DNA of 32,000 nt from Nitrosopumilus maritimus SCM1 (GTDB lineage: Archaea; Thermoproteota; Nitrososphaeria; Nitrososphaerales; Nitrosopumilaceae). Where the stretch lies: positions 1,230,001 through 1,262,000 of the forward strand of contig NC_010085.1 of the NCBI RefSeq assembly GCF_000018465.1, written 5' to 3'. Numbering within the stretch: the stretch's first letter is position 1; every line of letters starts with the position of its first letter. The notes under the pieces are model-generated. The model saw only the letters and a list, made by a program, of their open reading frames with translations, did no database searches and was not told where the DNA came from. Shown piece by piece: positions 7,860-14,510 of this stretch. Made by a program: the position numbers and the translations under genes.

Positions 7860-8660
7860 TTATTCTTTTAGCTTGCTTTCCTGGAATACGTCAGAGCCAT
7901 ACCAGCAGTATCTGAAATAGTCAAGACACCATTCGTGAAACATTGGATCCTTTGAATAGAACATTTCAGTAATGTCAGACTCGCCCTCGTTGTCAGGAAA
8001 CATGACACATGCCTCCTTTTCGTTTAGTACAAGCGATGTCTGTATGTTAGATATCATTTTTCTCTCAACTAGCCCTGCCTCAAGCAATTTGTCAAAGCCC
8101 AGTTTTTTCAATAACGCCTTTCTTCCTTTTGGAACTATTGTGGACTCTGAAAAGACATAGTTGAATTTTACGCCTTTCTTAACTTGCTTTACCAACGGCT
8201 CAATAATATCCAGAGGCACTTCTGCAATTACCTCGTAGACATACTCATCAGAATTCTTGTAGATATTTTTCCATTGCTCTATGACTTTTGATACGCCTTT
8301 GACATGAGTGCTCATTGCAAGCTGGCCGCAACGCATGTTGAATTTGTGTGGAAGATCACCAAAGTCATGGCCCTCAAAATATTTTCTGTTTTGTAAAAGA
8401 AATACCAGCGATGGCACTTGCGTGCAGATGCTCTTGCCAAACGTTGTCAGAGTGTACTTTCCGTCAAGAGTTTTTTTTACCAGTCCATTTTTTTCAAGAC
8501 GTGCAAAATTTCGGTGCACTTCCTGTCTTGTTGAGTCGACTTCCTTGGCACATTCAGAAGGTGTTAAATTTTTACTTAGCAATTTGAATAAAATGTTCAG
8601 TCTCTGAGGACTTGCTAATTCCAGAACATAGTCTGCTGCCTCATCAATAAGATCTTCCAT
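7860..8660 (-). CDS. winged-HTH transcriptional regulator with a ~170-aa C-terminal domain (ArsR-like HTH plus DUF1724-like architecture)
   Basis: 266 aa. N-terminal PQRLNILFKLLSKNLTPSECAKEVDSTRQEVHRNFARLEKNGLVKKTLDGKYTLTTFG is a wHTH. The domain family of the C-terminal part is assigned from memory only. Confidence 0.7.
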   Translation of the reverse strand: MEDLIDEAADYVLELASPQRLNILFKLLSKNLTPSECAKEVDSTRQEVHRNFARLEKNGLVKKTLDGKYTLTTFGKSICTQVPSLVFLLQNRKYFEGHDFGDLPHKFNMRCGQLAMSTHVKGVSKVIEQWKNIYKNSDEYVYEVIAEVPLDIIEPLVKQVKKGVKFNYVFSESTIVPKGRKALLKKLGFDKLLEAGLVERKMISNIQTSLVLNEKEACVMFPDNEGESDITEMFYSKDPMFHEWCLDYFRYCWYGSDVFQESKLKE

Positions 8661-8682
8661 GTATGATCATCTGATATACACT

Positions 8683-8711
8683 AAAAAAACTAGTTGAAAA
8701 TGAGCTTCAAC
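8683..8711 (-). terminator. hairpin plus T7 tract after the hemerythrin gene
   Basis: Minus strand reads GTTGAAGCTCATTTTCAAC (6-bp stem, 7-nt loop), then TAG, then TTTTTTT, starting 17 nt after the stop at 8728. Confidence 0.5.
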
Positions 8712-8727
8712 TAAGACAGGAAACATT

Positions 8728-9270
8728 TTACTTTTGATACCACGGACAGGATTCCAGATAATCAATTTCCTTAATCATGTCCTCAACTTTTTTTACAACT
8801 GCAAAAATTGAGCGGTACTGCTCGTACATGTCTATCTCTTCTTGTTCTGAAAGTACTTTTTCTTCTGCATCATCAAAGAACTTGTTCTCTTTGTTTAGAT
8901 GATCATTTAGAAATACTGCATATGTTTTGAGATACCTTGACACTGACTCTCGTGCATCTTCTCCTGCCTTCCATCGTTTCAAATGATGGTGAATTTTCTT
9001 TGCAACGTTTCTTCCAAACTCGTGCTCTACTAGAAATTTGTGAATCTCATCTTTTAGAGAATCATGACTTGCCACGCACGGAAAATAAGAGTCCTCTTCT
9101 CGGGAATGGTGAATTGTATCAACAAATTCAGATATTACAATGGTGATTTTTGTAAGATCAGAAAACGGAATGTCCTCCCCGTTTTTTAATTCCTCAGCAC
9201 ATTTGAAGACAATCTTTTCTAGTCTTCTTACCTGAATGTGATCTGCACGTAATTCATCTGTGGCGCTCAT
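8728..9270 (-). CDS. hemerythrin-like (HHE cation-binding) protein
   Basis: 180 aa. LRADHIQVRRLEKI, TIHHSREEDSYFP, LVEHEFGR and FLNDHLNKENKFF follow the His/Glu spacing of hemerythrin-like domains. Lies 10 nt downstream of the oxidase gene. Confidence 0.75.
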   Translation of the reverse strand: MSATDELRADHIQVRRLEKIVFKCAEELKNGEDIPFSDLTKITIVISEFVDTIHHSREEDSYFPCVASHDSLKDEIHKFLVEHEFGRNVAKKIHHHLKRWKAGEDARESVSRYLKTYAVFLNDHLNKENKFFDDAEEKVLSEQEEIDMYEQYRSIFAVVKKVEDMIKEIDYLESCPWYQK

Positions 9271-9280
9271 GATGATAAAG

Positions 9281-10615
9281 TCAGTTCACGCTAATTGTAC
9301 CTTTCATCCAAGGATGCAAAGTACAGATGTAATCAAACTCTCCTGGATTGTCAAAGGAGTAGCTCCATGTATTTCCTGCCTGTATGAATCCAGAGTCAAA
9401 TGAATTTTCATTGTCAGTTACAGTATGCACTACAGAGTCATCATTTGTCCACGTTACGGTAGTACCAGAGTCAACTTGTATTGCAATAGGATCATATGAC
9501 TCTGTGATTTCAGGATTCCAGGAATCCTTTACAATTGATACCTTGTCAGCAGATACTTTTTCAGATGATATGGCAGCAGACTCTCCCAAGTTTTCATATG
9601 AGATTAGCTGTGGTTGCTCCAAAGTTCTGATTAGGTCTTCTTGCCACTCTACCATGGAATAGCTTCCCTTGTTGTTGCTTGGTCTTTGAACGTCTGATAA
9701 TGATGATGCATCCTCAAGCACTTCAATCATTGCCATGGAGCCACGTTCCTCTTGTATTCCATGTACATGGAAGAGGTACATTCCAGGCTGTGTCCATGTA
9801 GCTTCAATTATTGCAGTGTCACCGTTTCCTATCAGATGTGTCTGTGCATAGTATGGCTCATTCCACAGTATTCCTGACGGGTACACCTTCATGATTGTGC
9901 TGTGAACATGGAACGGTGACTGTAAAACTCCCCCAATACCTACAACATAAAATCTGGTCAATTCTCCTGAAACAACTCGTATTGGATTATCCATGTACTG
10001 ACCGGCATATCCATTAATTGGATAAAATTCAGTAAAATGCTCCAATGCGTTATTTGGATCAAATTCGCTTAAAGTAAAAAAGTATTCACGTGCAGGATCC
10101 ATTGGACGTATTGCAGGATCAATTATCATGGTGCCAAACATGCCCATTCTAACATGCTCGGACGTAGGAAATGCATGACAGTGATACATGAACAGTCCTG
10201 CTTCTTCTGCTACAAAGTGATACGTGTATTCCTCTCCAGGCATTATCATTGGAAAGACTCCGTCATTTGCAGAATCATGGGTTCCATGAAAATGAATGGT
10301 ATGTGCATATGGAGTATCATTTACAAATTTTACGGTAACGTCATCTCCCTCAGAGAATCTAAGCGTTGGTGCAGGAACCGTTCCATTGTACGTCCAAACC
10401 TTGGCCCTGACTCCAGGAGACACCTCAATTTCGGCATCTTGTGCAATCAAAGTATAAGACAGTGTTTGCGGATTTGGGTTTTTGAATTTTGGAAAAGTGT
10501 CAGACGAGTCTGCAACAGTTGTTTGAATCTCAGGGGACTGTAAGAGTATTGCAAATGCTATGCTAAATCCAATTATGATTCCTGCAACAATATAGATTGT
10601 ATTTGGCTTTACCAC
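9281..10615 (-). CDS. two-domain multicopper oxidase (NirK-related) with a fused C-terminal plastocyanin-like domain
   Basis: 444 aa, GTG start, N-terminal TM/signal anchor. Copper motifs HTIHFHG, MYHCHAFPTSEHVRMGMFG, FHVHS, LFHVHG. The C-terminal ~100 aa carry a type-1 Cu ligand set (VVHTV ... YICTLHPWMKG). Confidence 0.85.
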   Translation of the reverse strand: MVKPNTIYIVAGIIIGFSIAFAILLQSPEIQTTVADSSDTFPKFKNPNPQTLSYTLIAQDAEIEVSPGVRAKVWTYNGTVPAPTLRFSEGDDVTVKFVNDTPYAHTIHFHGTHDSANDGVFPMIMPGEEYTYHFVAEEAGLFMYHCHAFPTSEHVRMGMFGTMIIDPAIRPMDPAREYFFTLSEFDPNNALEHFTEFYPINGYAGQYMDNPIRVVSGELTRFYVVGIGGVLQSPFHVHSTIMKVYPSGILWNEPYYAQTHLIGNGDTAIIEATWTQPGMYLFHVHGIQEERGSMAMIEVLEDASSLSDVQRPSNNKGSYSMVEWQEDLIRTLEQPQLISYENLGESAAISSEKVSADKVSIVKDSWNPEITESYDPIAIQVDSGTTVTWTNDDSVVHTVTDNENSFDSGFIQAGNTWSYSFDNPGEFDYICTLHPWMKGTISVN

Positions 10616-10624
10616 GATGACTCA

Positions 10625-10822
10625 CTACAGTCCCAATGTGAGAAGTACTACAGATATTGCAGAAAAAGCATAGAAAATGTAAAATGATTTTTTGTGACGT
10701 GGTAAGGATGATTTTGAATTGTTTGAAAATAGATTTGATAGTTTTTGCGGAAAATATGCAAGAACATTATGAATATCAGATTCATAATTTTCTTCTTGTC
10801 TAGGGAAGCAGTGCTCTTGCAT
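10625..10822 (-). CDS. small tail-anchored protein, paralogue 2 (about 65 aa)
   Basis: See 7396-7590. Ends 9 nt before the oxidase GTG. ATG 10822 is ~26 nt downstream of a conserved TATATGAT box. The track ORF extends to 10837. Confidence 0.6.
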   Translation of the reverse strand: MQEHCFPRQEENYESDIHNVLAYFPQKLSNLFSNNSKSSLPRHKKSFYIFYAFSAISVVLLTLGL

Positions 10823-10856
10823 GAGAAGTATACGCAACTGTAAATCATATACATTG

Positions 10857-10874
10857 GTAAGCTGCCAAGCTTAC
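10857..10874 (-). promoter_or_regulatory. perfect inverted repeat GTAAGCT-N4-AGCTTAC upstream of a TATA-like box (copy 2)
   Basis: Perfect 7-4-7 palindrome. Its centre is 43.5 nt upstream of ATG 10822, the same spacing as copy 1. Confidence 0.65.
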
Positions 10875-10960
10875 ATGTAGTGAGATGTTTTTACAACAGG
10901 GGTTTTGACAAATGGCAAATCCAATCTCATAGTTTGCCAATGTTGTGGCAAGAAATTATT

Positions 10961-11136
10961 TTAGTTATGTTTTTGCAGATATTTGCGCAATATCACATTA
11001 ATCACTGCAGAATAGCTGTAGGATTTTTGTCTCTTTGCATCCATTGCGCTTGAATTGTTCGTATTTTTTTATCCAAAGAGCTGTCAATTACAAATGTAAC
11101 GCGTCTTGCCACAGTCAATCCCAATAAAAAATACAT
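10961..11136 (-). pseudogene. ribbon-helix-helix (CopG/Arc-like) gene interrupted by a frameshift in an A5 run
   Basis: Frame a (ATG 11136): MYFLLGLTVARRVTFVIDSSLDKKIRTIQAQWMQRDKNPTAILQ*, stop at 11002-11004. A different frame continues KSYSYSAVINVILRKYLQKHN* to 10961, which is the expected RHH helix B. The two join at the homopolymer at 11024-11028 (TTTTT on plus). One extra A would restore a ~58-aa RHH protein. Confidence 0.5.
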
Positions 11137-11239
11137 AATAAATTCATACCTGTGTCAAGTAATATCTTGAGGTAATTCTCAAAGGACAAAAATAAGACAA
11201 ACTAGTATATGTGACCATTTTTCAAATTAGGTCAATTTT

Positions 11240-11368
11240 ATGACATCTCATGCCAAAGCCAAGAAAGTTGTTTGTCCCGATTGTGGATATTCCATGAATG
11301 AAGAAAATTACAAAAACAGGCACAAAAACTCAAAGAAATGCAAGAGAAATCAAAAATCGCAGTCTTGA
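11240..11368 (+). CDS. 42-aa basic Cys-containing peptide (possible zinc finger)
   Basis: MTSHAKAKKVVCPDCGYSMNEENYKNRHKNSKKCKRNQKSQS. CxxC plus distal H/C. Short, with no other support. Confidence 0.3.
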   Translation: MTSHAKAKKVVCPDCGYSMNEENYKNRHKNSKKCKRNQKSQS

Positions 11369-11423
11369 ATATACGGAATTAAAAAAATACAAAGTGGAAT
11401 TCCAAGAATTGGATGTTTTCAAT

Positions 11424-11519
11424 TCATGAAATCTCTTTTCCACATTTGTTTGAGCATATGTTTTCAAACAAGCTTGCAAACTCTCTTCCACAATGAATAC
11501 ACGTTCTAAAGATTTTCAT
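11424..11519 (-). CDS. 31-aa zinc-ribbon-like peptide
   Basis: MKIFRTCIHCGREFASLFENICSNKCGKEIS. CxxC ... CxxxC pairs. Confidence 0.3.
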   Translation of the reverse strand: MKIFRTCIHCGREFASLFENICSNKCGKEIS

Positions 11520-11693
11520 GATTAGTTATGGAATAATTCTACAAAATCACAGCCAGAGCATATTTTTGCTTGAATCTTTCTCCAAGGCTGTTCTGCTTGT
11601 AGAGAGATGTTTGTCTCGCTTCTTTGAACAAGATTTGAACATTTTGGACATGTTTCCATGCTTTTGTATTCTTGTGCTCAGATATTATTAGCT

Positions 11694-11711
11694 GTAAGCT
11701 TGACAGCTTAC
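11694..11711 (+). promoter_or_regulatory. third copy of GTAAGCT-N4-AGCTTAC, opposite orientation, with no intact downstream gene
   Basis: Perfect 7-4-7 palindrome. The flank CCAATGTTTTTGATCAC (11711-11727) matches the minus-strand flank CCAAGGTATATGATCAC of copy 1. Only an 11-codon ORF follows. Confidence 0.5.
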
Positions 11712-11820
11712 CAATGTTTTTGATCACAATTGCAAAACGGAATTGACTTCTAGTTGTGCAATGACAAATTTCATTTGAAAAATTAGATCTGATTGAACAG
11801 ACTATACCTTGTTTTCATTT

Positions 11821-12507
11821 TTAATTCACGGTTAGTTTTGTCACTTCTTGTTCCAATGTTGTTGGAAACTTCATGACACCGCGATGCCAAAAGTTGTACT
11901 CTGTCATCTCATCTCTTTCAAACGTGTGCTCCTTGACGTCCAGGAATAGTTCTACCTCATGCTCTGCCAGACTCTGAAGTGCAGATAGATAATTTTCTTG
12001 AGGCATATTGCCTGATGAAAACTCTTCTTTTAGCAATTCAAACTCTTTGTGTATTTGGTCATATCTGTCACGAAGTTCTTGTGTTGTGTATTTGTTGCCA
12101 AGATCAACGGGTTCCAACTCTACAATATCATTGACAAATATCACCTGCTTTGTCCTGTCCTGTTCTGGATAGTACCAGTCAGGGGCTTCTGGATCATAGA
12201 ATCCTGAAACTTGGACATGTTGGAGATTTTCTGGCAGAGTACCTACATTATACAGTGCAATTTGGATGGCACCATGCAATTCTGAATAGATTTTGTTAGG
12301 AATCAGCACATATTCTGGTTTTCTGTCACTTTGCGGTGCATTGAGTGGTGTCTCGTATGGTTTTATCTTACCATCAATTTGCACATGCAAAAGATCTTCA
12401 GGAACGTCCATTGTTGTAACGACAAACAGATTGGGTGCAAGATAGAAAATTCCAACAATTATTGCAACAACTACAATACCTATGCCAATTGGAACTGTCT
12501 TATTCAT
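11821..12507 (-). CDS. membrane-anchored hypothetical protein, 228 aa
   Basis: N-terminal TM (VPIGIGIVVVAIIVGIFYLA). Acidic extracytoplasmic body. No domain recognised. Confidence 0.6.
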   Translation of the reverse strand: MNKTVPIGIGIVVVAIIVGIFYLAPNLFVVTTMDVPEDLLHVQIDGKIKPYETPLNAPQSDRKPEYVLIPNKIYSELHGAIQIALYNVGTLPENLQHVQVSGFYDPEAPDWYYPEQDRTKQVIFVNDIVELEPVDLGNKYTTQELRDRYDQIHKEFELLKEEFSSGNMPQENYLSALQSLAEHEVELFLDVKEHTFERDEMTEYNFWHRGVMKFPTTLEQEVTKLTVN

Positions 12508-12609
12508 AATATTCTCACTTTGTTTACACCCATATACCGTTTTACAAGTATTTCTTAATTCACAAATATTGCTTGTTGTAGAAAATCATTTGTTAGAAAA
12601 TAATTTCAA

Positions 12610-13134
12610 TTACAATCCCATTTCAGATTTTAGTTGGGAACACCACTTTGTGACTCTTTCATCAGTATGTTCTGATTCACTGTCTTCATCAACTGGCAGT
12701 CCACAAAACTTGCCATCAATAACGCTTTTTGAACCTGTGAAAGTATAACCATCAGTGCTCACATATCCTACCATTTTTGCACCAGCTTTTTGAAAATACC
12801 TGTGCAACTCTTCCATTGCATCAACAAAATTGTCAGCATAACCTGCAGCATCACCCAAGCCACATATTGCAACGGGTTTGCCTTTGAGGTCTAACTCGCC
12901 AATTTTTTCCAACAGATCATCCCAAGCAGTACCTGATCTGTTTTCATCTTCACCAGTATTCCATGTTGGTATGGCACAAATGAGTCCATCCATTTCTAGG
13001 AATTGACTTGGATCTTCTCCAAGCTCAGAAACGTCTTTTGGGTCTGTAACTGCATCACCCAATTCGCTTTTTATCTTAGCACATACCAACTCAGTCTTGC
13101 CAGTCTGTGAGCCAAAGTAAATTCCAACTGTCAT
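12610..13134 (-). CDS. long-chain flavodoxin
   Basis: 174 aa. MTVGIYFGSQTGKTE FMN-phosphate loop, PTWNTGE, GLGDAAGYADNF. Confidence 0.9.
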   Translation of the reverse strand: MTVGIYFGSQTGKTELVCAKIKSELGDAVTDPKDVSELGEDPSQFLEMDGLICAIPTWNTGEDENRSGTAWDDLLEKIGELDLKGKPVAICGLGDAAGYADNFVDAMEELHRYFQKAGAKMVGYVSTDGYTFTGSKSVIDGKFCGLPVDEDSESEHTDERVTKWCSQLKSEMGL

Positions 13135-13213
13135 AAATTGGGATTAACCATTACAGTATTTATCTAATTTGCTTTTTGAATAAATAAATAAGATAATTAC
13201 AGTATCGGGTTTA

Positions 13214-13858
13214 TTGGAGCAAGACAATCCAAAGAAGATTTATCCTCAGGGTTATGAGCCAAAAATAAAAGTTGATGAGAATCCAAATATCAGAAATCAG
13301 CTTCTAAATGAAATTCTAAAGGCATCACCTACAGAAGTTGTCGATACGGACTTGTTTGCAGTAATGGCAAAGAGACGCTCTACAAGAAAATTCAAAAAGC
13401 AAATTGTAGAAACAGAAAAGGTAGACAAAATTATTGCCGCAGCAGACACTGCACCTACTGCAAGAAACTTTCAGGGATTTGAGATATTTTACATCAAGAG
13501 TCCCCAAAAGAAAAAAGAGCTCATAGAAGCATGCAACAAACAGCCATATGTTAATGCACCACTAGTGCTGGTGTTTTGCAAAAATCCTGACAGGGTAAAG
13601 CTAGACTTTCCAGAGCATATTTTGAAAAAATTTGCAATTCAGGATGCGACATTGGCTGCTGCATATTCCCAATTGGCAGCACAGGCCTTGGGCTTGAGTT
13701 CCATATGGATTGGAATGTTAGACGAGCAAAAGGTGATGGATGTGATAGGAACAGATCTGACGCCCTCATCTGTCCTGTGTATTGGGTATCCTGAACAGGT
13801 AAAATTCCCAAAACCACGAAGAAATCTCAAAGAACTGGTACACGTTGTGTGGGATTGA
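13214..13858 (+). CDS. nitroreductase-family flavoprotein
   Basis: RRSTRKF motif, then NFQGFEIFYI ... QDATLAAAYSQLAAQALGLSSIWIG. The track start is a TTG; an alternative ATG at 13364 (MAKRRSTRKF) would give 164 aa. Confidence 0.8.
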   Translation: MEQDNPKKIYPQGYEPKIKVDENPNIRNQLLNEILKASPTEVVDTDLFAVMAKRRSTRKFKKQIVETEKVDKIIAAADTAPTARNFQGFEIFYIKSPQKKKELIEACNKQPYVNAPLVLVFCKNPDRVKLDFPEHILKKFAIQDATLAAAYSQLAAQALGLSSIWIGMLDEQKVMDVIGTDLTPSSVLCIGYPEQVKFPKPRRNLKELVHVVWD

Positions 13859-13962
13859 AATCAAAATACTGATGCAAAGAGGATTTTTGGGTAAGCTTTC
13901 TTGTTGACTGGTACTTAACATGTATTCTAGTTAACATACATCATGGGTGAGAAATACTGGGC

Positions 13963-14190
13963 ATAGTCTGTAATGGAATCTGCAACAAGTACAAAGCCAA
14001 AAAGCCTTCCAATGAGGGCAGATATACAGCAGGGCAAAAGAGATGCAATTCATGTGAAATTTTTATTCACTGGGAGGGATTGTTTTGCCCATGCTGCAAA
14101 TACAGATTAAGATCTTGTCCTCGTAATTCTAAAAACAAGGAGAAATTTCTCAAAGTTTCATCCCATAGAAAAAACATGCTACAAAAATAA
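13963..14190 (+). pseudogene. Cys-rich zinc-ribbon paralogue of 19080-19250 whose start codon reads ATA
   Basis: The frame is open from 13951 to TAA 14188-14190: (I)VCNGICNKYKAKKPSNEGRYTAGQKRCNSCEIFIHWEGLFCPCCKYRLRSCPRNSK... ATA GTC TGT here aligns with ATG GCA TGT of the paralogue. There is no ATG/GTG/TTG in frame upstream. Confidence 0.4.
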
Positions 14191-14214
14191 ATATTTCATA
14201 TCATGCTATAGATT

Positions 14215-14388
14215 ATGGCAAAAGAATTTAGCTGCTCACATGTGCATTCAGAATGCTCATGGAGTGCAACAGAAGAAACAGAAGACGAGTTGATGAAAAA
14301 AGTAACAGAGCACGCAAAACTCCACGGACACGATGAGATGACATCAGACCTTACTGCAAAAGTAAAATCCCTCATAAAAGAGGTTTAA
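14215..14388 (+). CDS. DUF1059-like small metal-binding protein, 57 aa
   Basis: MAKEFSCSHVHSECSWSATEETEDELMKKVTEHAKLHGHDEMTSDLTAKVKSLIKEV matches the DUF1059 pattern (xFxC ... C ... eeElm..v.eHa...Hg). Confidence 0.6.
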   Translation: MAKEFSCSHVHSECSWSATEETEDELMKKVTEHAKLHGHDEMTSDLTAKVKSLIKEV

Positions 14389-14408
14389 TTTTTTCTTTAA
14401 CGTCCAAC

Positions 14409-14455
14409 ATTCAAGTATACATACCAAATGTTATTTTGTAAGTATGTGTTTGAAT
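14409..14455. repeat. conserved intergenic hairpin element, copy C
   Basis: ATTCAA(GT)ATACATACCAAA[TGTTAT]TTTG(TAA)GTATGTGTTTGAAT gives about 18 bp of pairing with a 2-nt 5' bulge. The 3' half TTTGTAAGTATGTGTTTGAATCC resembles copies A and B. Confidence 0.55.
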
Positions 14456-14510
14456 CCTAAAAGATTAAAACTATTTTGCAGACTAGTTTAATCCTGTTTA
14501 ATATCACATG

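Noticed and set aside
10648-10854. Alternative-frame ORF overlapping small paralogue 2
   Set aside because: Only the 10625-10837 frame is conserved with the paralogue at 7396-7605.
11539-11727. Track ORF of 62 aa (MIKNIGKLSSLQLIISEHK...)
   Set aside because: Its 5' end reads straight through the conserved palindrome/promoter copy 3, and it has no motif. It is more likely non-coding, though this remains uncertain.
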